Positions 1 through 9,614 of a stretch of DNA of 64,000 bases are shown here, one piece after another; the first letter of the stretch is position 1; each line of letters starts with the position of its first letter. The translations under genes were made by a program, and so were the position numbers. Origin of the DNA: Candidatus Bathyarchaeota archaeon (lineage in GTDB: Archaea; Thermoproteota; Bathyarchaeia; TCS64). Under the pieces are notes generated by a model that saw only the letters and a program-made list of their open reading frames with translations, did no database searches and had not been told where the DNA came from. The stretch is taken from positions 416,001-480,000 of the forward strand of contig CAVYLP010000006.1 of assembly GCA_963769425.1 (NCBI GenBank), read 5' to 3'.

Positions 1-504
1 ATAGCCCGAGACTACGCCGCCTGCAGCGGGTGCAAGCGGTGCGAGTTAGCGTGCAGCATGAAGTTCGAGGGATGGATGTTCCCCGAGGCCTCAATGGTCA
101 GGGTCTTCATGCCCTTCCCCGGCGTCGAGGTACCACACCTCTGCACGCAGTGCGCCGACTACCCCTGCGTCAAATCCTGCGCCCCGAAGGCACTTAGTGT
201 CGACCCCGTCACAACCGCCGTCATCGTAGACAAAGAGAAGTGCATCAGCTGCGGCAGCTGCATAAAGGCGTGCCCCGGCCACGTGCCGTACCTCCACCCG
301 GAGACGAACAAGGTGGTCATATGCAACCTATGCAACGGGGACCCCGAGTGCGTGAAGGTCTGCGTCGAGGCGGGATACAACGCCCTAACCGTCGTCCCGG
401 AGGGACCGAACGTTAACAAGAAGCTCTTCAGCCGGCCCCCCATCGAGGTGGCGAAGGAGCTCGCGGTATTTTTCTTCGGCGAAAAGGGTGAAGAGGTAAT
501 CTAA
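1..504 (+). CDS. Multi-[4Fe-4S] electron-transfer subunit of an AOR-family oxidoreductase (5' truncated by window)
   Basis: Frame is open from base 1 (IARDYAACSGCKRCELACS). Further Cys motifs CTQCADYPCVKSC, CISCGSCIKACP, CNLCNGDPECVKVC. Ends 1 nt before the AOR gene. Confidence 0.9.
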   Translation: MARDYAACSGCKRCELACSMKFEGWMFPEASMVRVFMPFPGVEVPHLCTQCADYPCVKSCAPKALSVDPVTTAVIVDKEKCISCGSCIKACPGHVPYLHPETNKVVICNLCNGDPECVKVCVEAGYNALTVVPEGPNVNKKLFSRPPIEVAKELAVFFFGEKGEEVI

Positions 505-505
505 G

Positions 506-2374
506 ATGCCCGGAGGATACGCTGGAAAGTACCTCGACATCGACCTCACCAAGAGGAAGATCAAGGACACGACCTTCGACGACGAGACGCTTGAGATGTT
601 CTTCGGCGGCCGCGGCCTCGCCGCGAAGATACTCTGGGACCGCCTCGGGAAGAAGTGGGGGGACATAGACTCACTCGGCCCCGAGAACCTCTTCCTCGCC
701 CTCACAGGGCCCATGACGGCCATCTACCCCGGCGCTAGGATAATGTGCTCCGGCAAGAGCCCACTCAGCAACGGCACAGTGGGATCAACCGCCTCAACCG
801 AGTTCGCCTCCGAGATACGGATGGCGGGATACGACGGCGTCATAGTCACCGGGAAGGCGGACGAGCCCGTCTACATCCAAGTAACGAACGATGGCGGGGA
901 GATCAAGAGCGCCAAGCAACTCTGGGGAACCGTTGGCGAAGACACGATAAAGATCCTCAACAGGGAGGTCACAGCGGACCTCACCAAGAAGAAGCCAAAC
1001 ATCGGACTCTGGAAGGAGCCCGGCATCATCTACACCGGCCCAGCCGGGGAGAACATGGTGCGCAACGCCGCGGTGATGACGAAGATCTGCCACGCCTGCG
1101 GCTACGGTGGCTACGGTGCCCTGATGGGGTCGAAGAACCTCAAGGCCATAGTCGCGAAGGGCAGGGGGAGGCTCCCACCGGCCAACGCCCCAGAGGCGAC
1201 CAAGCTCCTCTGGAGGAGGACCCACGAGTATCTCATCAACCAGGGCAGGATGCGCCGCTGGGGCACAGGCTACGGCGGCTACGCCACTGGCGCCGACACC
1301 AGCTCCGAGCCCGTGAAGAACTGGCAGGAGGAGTGGCACGACGACAAGAACATGGGCGGCCCCAAGTTCGAGAACAAGTTCTGGGTCAAGAAGAAGTGGA
1401 GCGACTTCAACTGCACAACCAACTGCATGAAGGTCAGCTGCATAAAGTCTGGGAGATGGAAGGGCGACATCACCGACATGCCAGACTACGAGCTTGAGGC
1501 GTACTGCGGGACCAACCTCGGCATCTTCGATGCAGCAGATAACATCCACATCAGTACCCTGATCGATAAGCTGGGACACAGCGGCATCAACGGCCCCAAC
1601 ACGATGGGTTTCGCAGCCGAGCTCTACCAGAGGGGAATCCTCACCGAGAAAGACTTCGGGTTTAGGCCCATCTGGGGCGACGCCGAGTCTATGGACAAGC
1701 TCGCCTGGCTCATCGCGAAGCGGGAGAAGATCGGGGACATCCTCGCAGAGGGCACCTACCGAGCCGCGATAAAGATCGCGAAGATGAAGAAGATGGAGCC
1801 GGAGGAGCTGCTCAAGTTCGCGGTGCACGTCAAGGGCATCGAGATTGGCGCACACGGCACCCGGAGCGACGCCGACTACACGCATGACATCTCCTACGCC
1901 GCAAGCGTACAGGGCGGGGACCACACCTCCACGACCACAGACGGATTCACCGACATGAGCGGCGCAGTCTTCACCGACTCCGCCGTCTTCTGCAACTTCT
2001 GCTACTTCGCCGTCCCACAGGAGCTCGTCTTCGACTACGCGAAGGCGATAACAGGCTTCCCGATCTCACAAGGCAGCTGGAGGAGCGTCACAGGGCCCAG
2101 GATAGTCACCCTGCAGAAGGTTCTGCTGCTGCTCGGCGGCCCCGACGTGACATGGGAGCCGGTCAAGGACGACGACAACCCGCCGAGGTTCTACGAGCCG
2201 CTCCCGACGGGCCCGTTCAAGGGGAAGACGACCGACCACAAGAAGGTCGACGAGAAGCTACAGACCTACTTCACCACCCTCGGATGGGACAAGATGGGCA
2301 TCCCTACGAAGGAGACGCTGAAGAAGCTGGGCCTGAGCGACTGCGAGACGGCCATGAAGAAGCTGAGGGAGTGA
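506..2374 (+). CDS. Tungsten aldehyde:ferredoxin oxidoreductase family protein, paralog 1
   Basis: GGRGLAAKIL, KSPLS, GPAGEN, GALMGSKNLKAIV, PDYE, DDDNPPRFYEP, GWDKMGIP motifs; 622 aa. Confidence 0.92.
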   Translation: MPGGYAGKYLDIDLTKRKIKDTTFDDETLEMFFGGRGLAAKILWDRLGKKWGDIDSLGPENLFLALTGPMTAIYPGARIMCSGKSPLSNGTVGSTASTEFASEIRMAGYDGVIVTGKADEPVYIQVTNDGGEIKSAKQLWGTVGEDTIKILNREVTADLTKKKPNIGLWKEPGIIYTGPAGENMVRNAAVMTKICHACGYGGYGALMGSKNLKAIVAKGRGRLPPANAPEATKLLWRRTHEYLINQGRMRRWGTGYGGYATGADTSSEPVKNWQEEWHDDKNMGGPKFENKFWVKKKWSDFNCTTNCMKVSCIKSGRWKGDITDMPDYELEAYCGTNLGIFDAADNIHISTLIDKLGHSGINGPNTMGFAAELYQRGILTEKDFGFRPIWGDAESMDKLAWLIAKREKIGDILAEGTYRAAIKIAKMKKMEPEELLKFAVHVKGIEIGAHGTRSDADYTHDISYAASVQGGDHTSTTTDGFTDMSGAVFTDSAVFCNFCYFAVPQELVFDYAKAITGFPISQGSWRSVTGPRIVTLQKVLLLLGGPDVTWEPVKDDDNPPRFYEPLPTGPFKGKTTDHKKVDEKLQTYFTTLGWDKMGIPTKETLKKLGLSDCETAMKKLRE

Positions 2375-2390
2375 CCTTTTCCTTCTTTTT
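2375..2390 (+). terminator. Pyrimidine/oligo-T tract, possible archaeal terminator
   Basis: CCTTTTCCTTCTTTTT immediately after the stop codon. Confidence 0.35.
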
Positions 2391-2415
2391 AGTGGAAAAT
2401 TAGGAGAATGAGAAA

Positions 2416-4284
2416 ATGCCTGGTGGATACGCGGGGAAGTTTCTGGACGTCGACCTCACCAAGAGGAAGATCAAGGACACGACCTTCGACGACGAGACAC
2501 TTGAGATGTTCTTCGGTGGCCGCGGCCTCGCCGCGAAGATACTGTGGGACAGGATAGGTAAGAAATGGAGCAAGGTCGATGCTCTCGGGCCCGATAACCT
2601 CTTAATCGCCCTAACGGGCCCAATGACAGGCATCTACCCCGGCGGCAGGATATGCGTCTCGGGGAAGAGTCCCATGAGCAACGGCACCGTGGGGTCGACC
2701 GCGTCCACCGAGTTCGCCCACGAGCTGAGGTGCGCCGGCTACGACGGCGTCATCGCCTCGGGGAAGGCCGACGAGCCCGTCTACATCCAGGTCACGAACA
2801 ACGGGGGTGAGATCAAGCCCGCGAAGCACCTATGGGGGAAGGACGGGGAGCAGACACTCATCGCCCTTAACAAGGAGGTTGACGCCGTCCTCGCCAAGTC
2901 GAAGCCAAACATCGGCCTCTGGCGCGAACCCGGAATGATCTACATAGGTCCGGCTGGGGAAAACCTCGTTCGAAACGCCGCGGTTATGACAAAGCTCTGC
3001 CATGCCTGCGGCTACGGCGGATACGGCTCCGTAATGGGAAGCAAGAACCTTAAGGCCATAGTCGCCAAGGGGCGCGGCAGGATGCCAGCCCCAGACGCCC
3101 CCGAGTCCGCGAAGCTGATGTGGAAGAGAACACACGAGCACCTCATCGCCCGGAAGCAGTTCAGGAGATGGGGCACGGGCTTCGGTGGTTTCTCCTTCGG
3201 CAACGCCACGAGCAGCGAGCCCATAAGGAACTGGCAGGAGGAGTGGCATGACGAGAAGAGCATCGGCGGCCCGATGTTCGAGACTAAGTATTGGGTCAAG
3301 AAGAAGTGGACCGACTTCAACTGCACAACGAACTGCATGAAGGTCAGCTGCATAAAGTCAGGCCCCTGGAAGGGGGACATCACCGACATGCCCGACTACG
3401 AGCTCGAGGCCCACTGTGGAACCAACTTCGGCATCTTCAACCCTGAGGAGATAATCCACCTCAGCACACTCTGCGACCTACTCGGCCACAGCGGGATCAA
3501 CGGGATGAGCGCTATGAGCTACGCGGCGGAGCTCTACCAGCGGGGCATCCTCACCGAGGAGGACATAGGCTTCAAGCTCAAGTGGGGTGATGCCAAGGCC
3601 TTCGACCGCCTGATGCGAATGGTCGCAAACCGCGAGGGCATCGGCGACGTGATAGCCGAGGGAACCTACAGGGCCGCCATCAAGATAGCAGAGATGAAGG
3701 GGATGAAACCCGAGGAACTGCTCAAGTACGCAGTGGTTGTAAAGGGGATAGAGGTCGGGGCGCACGGCACGAGAAGCGACGCCGACTTTGCCCACGACAT
3801 AGGCTACGCCGCCAGCGTACAGGGTGGGGATCACTCGAGCCTCGTCTACGACGGGTACACCGATATGTCGGGGAGCATCTTCGCCGACTGCGGCGTCTTC
3901 TGCAGCTTCGCCTACAACGGCGTCCCTCAGGAGCTTGTCTTCGATTTCGCCAAGGCCATCACGGGGTTCCCGATAGACATCGAGAGCTGGAGGCGTGTCA
4001 CCGGCCCGAGGATCATCACATTACAGAAGGTGCTGCTGCTCCTCGGGGGACCGGACGTGACGTGGGAACCTATAAAGGATGATGACAACCCGCCCCGCTT
4101 CTACGAGCCACTCCCCGGAGGCCCATTTAAGGGCAAAACCACCGACAAACAGAAAGTCGACAAGAGGCTAAAGACCTACTTCGAAACCCTCGGATGGGAC
4201 GCTAGGGGCATCCCGAAGACGGAGACTCTCGCGAGGATGGGGCTCAACGACTGCGAGCTCTCGATGGCGAAGCTTAGGCGCTGA
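2416..4284 (+). CDS. Tungsten aldehyde:ferredoxin oxidoreductase family protein, paralog 2 (tandem duplicate)
   Basis: Same length (622 aa) and colinear with 506..2374; same motifs; AGGAG upstream. Confidence 0.92.
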   Translation: MPGGYAGKFLDVDLTKRKIKDTTFDDETLEMFFGGRGLAAKILWDRIGKKWSKVDALGPDNLLIALTGPMTGIYPGGRICVSGKSPMSNGTVGSTASTEFAHELRCAGYDGVIASGKADEPVYIQVTNNGGEIKPAKHLWGKDGEQTLIALNKEVDAVLAKSKPNIGLWREPGMIYIGPAGENLVRNAAVMTKLCHACGYGGYGSVMGSKNLKAIVAKGRGRMPAPDAPESAKLMWKRTHEHLIARKQFRRWGTGFGGFSFGNATSSEPIRNWQEEWHDEKSIGGPMFETKYWVKKKWTDFNCTTNCMKVSCIKSGPWKGDITDMPDYELEAHCGTNFGIFNPEEIIHLSTLCDLLGHSGINGMSAMSYAAELYQRGILTEEDIGFKLKWGDAKAFDRLMRMVANREGIGDVIAEGTYRAAIKIAEMKGMKPEELLKYAVVVKGIEVGAHGTRSDADFAHDIGYAASVQGGDHSSLVYDGYTDMSGSIFADCGVFCSFAYNGVPQELVFDFAKAITGFPIDIESWRRVTGPRIITLQKVLLLLGGPDVTWEPIKDDDNPPRFYEPLPGGPFKGKTTDKQKVDKRLKTYFETLGWDARGIPKTETLARMGLNDCELSMAKLRR

Positions 4285-4330
4285 CCTTTTTCATCAAGCT
4301 TTATCTCCCCCCGTAATGCGGTTGGTTACG

Positions 4331-4606
4331 ATGAAGGTCACAGTACGCGTCTTCGGGGATGTCTCACAGGTCATCGGCAGGAGACACGAGGTTGAGCTCC
4401 AGGAGGGCGCGACTATAACGACGATCGCCGCGAGGGTCGGCGAGAAGACGGGGCAGCGACAGGGCTACCTCGGCGACTTCCACGTCGGGGGCAAGGACCT
4501 AGCCATACTCCTCAACGGTAAGAGCATAGATTTGCTCAACGGCGTCCAGACAAAGCTCAAAGACGGCGACGAGGTCGTCGTCATGCAGCCGACAGCCGGC
4601 GGCTAG
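4331..4606 (+). CDS. MoaD/ThiS/SAMP ubiquitin-like sulfur carrier
   Basis: MKVTVRVFG...ILLNGKSI...LKDGDEVVVMQPTAGG with C-terminal GG; next to AOR genes. Alternative start 4316. Confidence 0.9.
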   Translation: MKVTVRVFGDVSQVIGRRHEVELQEGATITTIAARVGEKTGQRQGYLGDFHVGGKDLAILLNGKSIDLLNGVQTKLKDGDEVVVMQPTAGG

Positions 4607-5085
4607 AGCCTTATTAATACTTCTGCCTCAATCTCCACGGGTAGGCCGAAGGGCAGCTCAGCCATTCCCACCGCGGACCGCGCGTGTTTACCCGCCTCCT
4701 TCCCCCAGACCTCGATAATAAGATCGGAGAACCCGTTGATGACTGCGGGCTGATTTTTAAATCCGGGCGCAGAGTTCACCATCCCGAGGACCTTGAGCCA
4801 CTTCTCGACCCTATCCAAGTCGCCGAGCTCCTGCTTGAGGCTAGCTAGGATAGCCAGCCCCGTGAGGCGCGCCGCATCGTAGGCCTGGTCCTGCGTCACT
4901 TCGCTCCCAACCTTCCCGTACACCTGAGAGAGAGTACCGTCGGGATTCGTCGGACCGTGCCCCGAGACGTATGCCCTGTTCTCGTGCAACCTGACAAAGG
5001 GGAAAGTCTGGCGGAATGAGGCTGGGACCTTCGTAGGTTCCGGGAGAGTTATCCCAAGTTCAGATAGACGCGCTTCGATCCTCAT
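4603..5085 (-). CDS. RidA/YjgF/UK114 family protein
   Basis: YVSGHGP, GFSDL, HARSAVGMAELP, VEIEAEV. Start set at MRIEARL. Confidence 0.9.
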   Translation of the reverse strand: MRIEARLSELGITLPEPTKVPASFRQTFPFVRLHENRAYVSGHGPTNPDGTLSQVYGKVGSEVTQDQAYDAARLTGLAILASLKQELGDLDRVEKWLKVLGMVNSAPGFKNQPAVINGFSDLIIEVWGKEAGKHARSAVGMAELPFGLPVEIEAEVLIRL

Positions 5086-5243
5086 GTAGTTCGATACTGG
5101 TTCCCATCGCACCCCATTTAAAATCACCTGATAAGAACACGAGCCCCGAATGTCAATCTTTTTCCCACACCACAAATCGATATGCAACATGAAACATCTC
5201 GAAGGCTATACCCTTATCAGTCTTCACAATTCTCTGGTATCAG

Positions 5244-7091
5244 GTGATTCAATCCTTGAAGGGCTGGACCGGAAACCTCCTCAGGGTGGACCTCACGAAG
5301 GGGAAAGCCGTCAGGACTGGGTACTCTGAAGAACTCGCCGTGAAGTTCATCGGCGGACGCGGCCTCGCCGTGAAGCTACTCTGGGACGAGTTGAAGCCGG
5401 GGACCGACCCCCTCGGCCCTGACAACATCCTAATCTTCGCCGGAGGCCTCTACGCGGGGCTACCCACGGTCAACAGCGGGAAGATGGTAGTCGCGGCTAA
5501 GAGCCCCCTCACGGGCGGCTACGGCGACGGAAACCTCGGGACGATGGCCTCCCCCAATATGAGGAAGGCCGGCCTCGATGGCATAGTCCTAACCGGCAAA
5601 GCGGCGAAACCAACCTACCTCTGGATAAACGACGACGAAATAGAGTTCAAGAGCGCCTCAGACCTCTGGGGCTTGGATAGCTACGAGACTGAGAGGAAGC
5701 TGAAGAAGGAACACGGTGCCGATACGGGTGTCCTCACTATAGGGCAGAGTGGCGAGAACCTCAGTCGCTTCTCGACTGTCGTCTCTCAGGAGGGGCGAGC
5801 AGGTGGCCGCCCCGGCATGGGCGCCGTAATGGGAAGCAAGAATCTCAAGGCGGTCATTATCAAGGGCACGGGTGAGATACCCGTCGCCGATAAGGAGACC
5901 CTCCAGAAGCTGGGGAGGGAGGGCTTCCAGGACCTCCTCAAGAGGCCCAACTACAAGCACTGGAAGGCACAGGGCACGATGGCCACCGTCGAGTGGTGCC
6001 AGGCGGCCTCGACACTCCCCACCCGTAACTTCAGGGAGGGCGTCTTCGACCACAGCAAGGAGATCGATGGCAACACGATGGAAGCATCCACTGTCAAGCA
6101 GCGCGGCTGCCCCAACTGTAACATGATCTGCGGGAACGTCATCCTCGACACAAACGGTGAGGAGTCGGAGCTTGACTATGAGAACGTCGTTATGCTGGGC
6201 AGCAACATCGGCGTCGGGGACCTCAAGCAGGTGGGACGCCTCAACAGGATGTGCGACATGCTCGGCCTAGACACTATCAGCGCAGGCAGTGCCCTCGGCT
6301 TCGCGATGGAGTGCAGCGAGAAGAAGCTCGTCGAGGGCCTCGACCTCAAGTGGGGCGACTTCGAGGGCTCCCAGAGGCTCCTCGAGGACATGGCCTATAT
6401 GCGTGGACACGGCGCCCTATTCGGAATGGGCACGAAGGTTGCAGCCGAGAAGATCGGCCACGACTCCATTGACTACGCGATGCAGGTGAAGGGCCTAGAG
6501 TGCAGCGCCTACGATTGCCACCTGTGTCCGGGGATGAGCCTCAGTTTCGGCACAAGCCCCATCGGTGCTCACCACAAGGACGCCTGGGTAATCAGCTGGG
6601 AGATCAGCAGCGGCACACGCGAGGAATACGGTCCAGAAAAAGCGGACAAGGTCATCGAGTTCCAGCGCATCCGCGGCGGCATGTTCGAATGCCTCGTAGC
6701 CTGCAGGTTCCCTTGGATCGAGCTCGGCTTCGAGGTCGAGCACTACCCCAAGTACATGGAGGCGGCGACCGGCCTCAAGTGGACCCTCGATGACATGTGG
6801 GCTCTCGGTGACAGGGTCTACGCCCTGATCCGTGCCTTCTGGGTAAGGGAATTTGAGGGCAAATGGGATAGGAAGATGGATTACCCGCCGGAGCGCTGGT
6901 TCAGGGAACCCCTCACTGAGGGCCCCCTCGCGGGGAAGAAGCTGGACAGGGCGAAGTACGACGAGTTGCTCTCCGCCTACTATGAGAAGAGGAGATGGGA
7001 TGACAGAGGCATCCCTACGAGATCCATGATGGTTAGTCTTGGACTCGAGAAGGAAGCTGAGGGACTAAATAAGATAGTAAGTCTCAATTAA
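5244..7091 (+). CDS. Tungsten formaldehyde:ferredoxin oxidoreductase (FOR)-like AOR-family enzyme
   Basis: GDGNLGT, SQEGRAGGRPGMGAVMGSKNLKAV, CPNCNMIC, DYENV, GAHHKDAWVISWEI resemble Thermococcales FOR as recalled. Confidence 0.88.
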   Translation: MIQSLKGWTGNLLRVDLTKGKAVRTGYSEELAVKFIGGRGLAVKLLWDELKPGTDPLGPDNILIFAGGLYAGLPTVNSGKMVVAAKSPLTGGYGDGNLGTMASPNMRKAGLDGIVLTGKAAKPTYLWINDDEIEFKSASDLWGLDSYETERKLKKEHGADTGVLTIGQSGENLSRFSTVVSQEGRAGGRPGMGAVMGSKNLKAVIIKGTGEIPVADKETLQKLGREGFQDLLKRPNYKHWKAQGTMATVEWCQAASTLPTRNFREGVFDHSKEIDGNTMEASTVKQRGCPNCNMICGNVILDTNGEESELDYENVVMLGSNIGVGDLKQVGRLNRMCDMLGLDTISAGSALGFAMECSEKKLVEGLDLKWGDFEGSQRLLEDMAYMRGHGALFGMGTKVAAEKIGHDSIDYAMQVKGLECSAYDCHLCPGMSLSFGTSPIGAHHKDAWVISWEISSGTREEYGPEKADKVIEFQRIRGGMFECLVACRFPWIELGFEVEHYPKYMEAATGLKWTLDDMWALGDRVYALIRAFWVREFEGKWDRKMDYPPERWFREPLTEGPLAGKKLDRAKYDELLSAYYEKRRWDDRGIPTRSMMVSLGLEKEAEGLNKIVSLN

Positions 7092-7240
7092 CCAAAACCT
7101 CCCCCCGCGAGTTTCGGATGTAAGTTTTTCTGAGTAATATTGTTTATCGTTACATTGCTTGAAAAATCACATATATTATGCTATTTATAGTAAAAAAGAC
7201 CTTTTTGTCTCATCTTTATAGTATTTATTTACTGTTTTCT

Positions 7241-7292
7241 AAATTAAATCTTATATAGATTAAGAGCCTGATATTTTTTGCCTAAATGGAGG
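7241..7292 (+). promoter_or_regulatory. BRE/TATA-like promoter and RBS of the four-gene membrane operon
   Basis: A-rich run then TTATATA at 7251-7257 within a ~200-bp very AT-rich intergenic region; GGAGG at 7288-7292 before TTG 7300. Confidence 0.5.
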
Positions 7293-7299
7293 CTAAAGA

Positions 7300-8091
7300 T
7301 TGGCTGTACCGTTTGTAATGGCTACTAGATTCATCGGCTTGGTTATGCTGATAGTTATAATGGGAGCAACGGTTTACTTCACACGGAGGGCACAAAGGGG
7401 GAAGATACAGGCCATCCGACGCATCCCTGGTATCGACGCCATGGATGAGGCGATTGGCCGAGCAGTCGAGATGGGGCGACCGGTCGTCGCCTCTCATGGG
7501 ATAGCTACTCTGAGAGACGCTGCAACCGGTCCCCAGACCATCGCGGGACTCAGCGTCCTTAGTTACATCGCTAAGAAAACTGCTGAAGTTGGTGCAATCC
7601 TGATAGTGCCGGTGAGACAGCCCGAAGTCTGGCCCATAGCCGCGGATATAGTGGAGACGGCCTACAAAATAGCAGGCAAGGCAGAAGATTACAAAGTCGA
7701 GAACATCCGATACCTATCAAATGACCAGTTCGCTTACGCTTCAAACTACATGGGTCTATTGATGAGGGAGAAGCCCGGCGCCAACATCATGATAGGCGCT
7801 TACTGGGCTGAGTCAATGCAGTTAGCGGAGACAGGTTCACGCGTGGGTGCTATGCAGATCTCCGGCACAGCTCAGACCTCACAGATCCCGTTCTTCCTAG
7901 TTGCAACTGACTACTGTCTGATAGGGGAGGAGGTCTTCTCCGCAGGTGCCTACCTAACGAATGATGGCCCAATGATCGGGAGCCTAGCTGGGACCGACGT
8001 GGGGCGCATCATCGCAGTAGCGCTCGGCATACTCGGAGCACTAATGATGACGGCTGGAAGTCAGGCCCTGATTCAGTTCTTCGGATGGTGA
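7300..8091 (+). CDS. Uncharacterised membrane-anchored protein A (DUF6754-like)
   Basis: N- and C-terminal TM helices flank a soluble alpha/beta domain with IRRIPGIDAMDEAIGRAVEMGRP and QIPFFLVATDYCLIGEEVFSAGAYL. DUF assignment from recall. Confidence 0.8.
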   Translation: MAVPFVMATRFIGLVMLIVIMGATVYFTRRAQRGKIQAIRRIPGIDAMDEAIGRAVEMGRPVVASHGIATLRDAATGPQTIAGLSVLSYIAKKTAEVGAILIVPVRQPEVWPIAADIVETAYKIAGKAEDYKVENIRYLSNDQFAYASNYMGLLMREKPGANIMIGAYWAESMQLAETGSRVGAMQISGTAQTSQIPFFLVATDYCLIGEEVFSAGAYLTNDGPMIGSLAGTDVGRIIAVALGILGALMMTAGSQALIQFFGW

Positions 8092-8096
8092 TATGA

Positions 8097-8768
8097 ATGT
8101 CAAATGTCCTTAGAAGAATAGAGATCCCAATAGCGATAACAATCGTGGCAGTCCTCATCCAAGTGATACCTTACTACCTAGATGCTGGAACGACAATAAA
8201 CGCAACCCTGGGTGGGGCGGCGGACTTCATGCAGAGGTGGATGCTTATAGTAATCGCGCTTGCTACGCTCGTTGGAGTCGTTTCTGTTTTCCAGGTTCAC
8301 GGGAAGAATCTACAAAAACGAGGAAAGGACTGGTACTTCAGCATCATCGTCCTAGTTGTAATGGTCATTATGATCGTCGCTGGTCTCCCGATACAGGAGA
8401 TCACACTGGGCCCGACAAATACAGTGTATCTGTTCTTCTTCAACAACTTCTACACACCACTGAGCGGGACGATGTATGCTATCATCGCCTTCTTCATTAC
8501 ATCAGCAGCATTCAGGGCCTTCCGAGCGAGAAATCTTGAGGCAACTCTGGTACTCCTAGCTGGGATCCTGATGGTTGTATCAAATGCTCCTCTTTTTACA
8601 GCGTCGTGGGGGGGCTTCAAAACCATCGGTGATTGGATTATGAATGTACCCAACATGGCTACAATGAGGGCTGTTACGATTGGAATCGCCCTCGGCACGA
8701 TAGCTCTCGCAGTTAGGACCCTGATGGGTATTGAGAGGGGCTATCTCAGAGGAGGAACTGAAGGATAA
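8097..8768 (+). CDS. Uncharacterised polytopic membrane protein B
   Basis: About 6 hydrophobic segments; SAAFRAFRARNLEA; C-terminal GIERGYLRG; tightly coupled to neighbours. Confidence 0.8.
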   Translation: MSNVLRRIEIPIAITIVAVLIQVIPYYLDAGTTINATLGGAADFMQRWMLIVIALATLVGVVSVFQVHGKNLQKRGKDWYFSIIVLVVMVIMIVAGLPIQEITLGPTNTVYLFFFNNFYTPLSGTMYAIIAFFITSAAFRAFRARNLEATLVLLAGILMVVSNAPLFTASWGGFKTIGDWIMNVPNMATMRAVTIGIALGTIALAVRTLMGIERGYLRGGTEG

Positions 8769-9613
8769 TGTCCATCCTGAAGTTCATTACAGATCTGGAC
8801 CGAAGATGGGTCTATCTTCTCTGCTGGATATTCGTCCTATATCCTCTGATCTTCCCTCTAGGGCTACCGATACCTATAGGTAAACAGTCTACGCAATGGT
8901 TCGCAGCTGTTGACGCCGTAAAGCCGGGTAGCACCGTAGTTTTATCACCTATGTATGACCCATCGGCCATACCAGAGTTATTCCCCATGACTATCGCCAC
9001 CTTCCGACACCTACTGACGAAAGATGTGAAAATCGTCGTCGTCACTTTCTGGGCCGCAGGAGCACTGGTGTTCGACCAGGTACTTACCCAGGTCAACCCA
9101 CTGGACTATAATAAGGTGTATGGAACCGACTGGATCGACCTAGGATATATCCCTGGGACCGAAACCGCTATGGCATCGTTCTCGAGGGACCCTGCCGGGA
9201 CGGCTTCTACAGACTTCCTTAAGCATCAACCAACAGCGAGCTACCCCATAATGCAAAACATCAAAACCGCCGCTGATTTCTCCCTGATCATCAGTATCGA
9301 GACCGGAACGCCAGGCGCTGGTGAATGGCTGCGCCAAACACAGGCACCCTACGGCACACCACTCATCGTGGGCTGCGTAGGAGTGTCAGCGCCAGGCATG
9401 ATGCCCTTCGTCCAAGCAGGACAGATTAGCGCACTTCTGCCTGGTCTCACGGCTAGCGCCGAGTATGAGAAGCTCCTTGGCAAGCCTGGACTCGCCATCG
9501 CCGGAGTAGATGCGGTATCAACTTCACACCTTCTGATTGTTCTACTGATAGTGCTTGGCAACATAGCATACTTCGCATCGAGGGGCCCCAAGGGCTCCAA
9601 GGGAGGTAAATGA
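8768..9613 (+). CDS. Uncharacterised membrane-anchored protein C
   Basis: DRRWVYLL TM helix, ~200-aa soluble domain, C-terminal TM and basic tail; TAATG overlap with B. Confidence 0.8.
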   Translation: MSILKFITDLDRRWVYLLCWIFVLYPLIFPLGLPIPIGKQSTQWFAAVDAVKPGSTVVLSPMYDPSAIPELFPMTIATFRHLLTKDVKIVVVTFWAAGALVFDQVLTQVNPLDYNKVYGTDWIDLGYIPGTETAMASFSRDPAGTASTDFLKHQPTASYPIMQNIKTAADFSLIISIETGTPGAGEWLRQTQAPYGTPLIVGCVGVSAPGMMPFVQAGQISALLPGLTASAEYEKLLGKPGLAIAGVDAVSTSHLLIVLLIVLGNIAYFASRGPKGSKGGK

Positions 9614-9614
9614 C

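Noticed and set aside
745-1924. Long alternative-frame and antisense ORFs over the AOR gene, and similar ones across the window
   Set aside because: Shadow ORFs expected from high GC3 coding sequence; no motifs.
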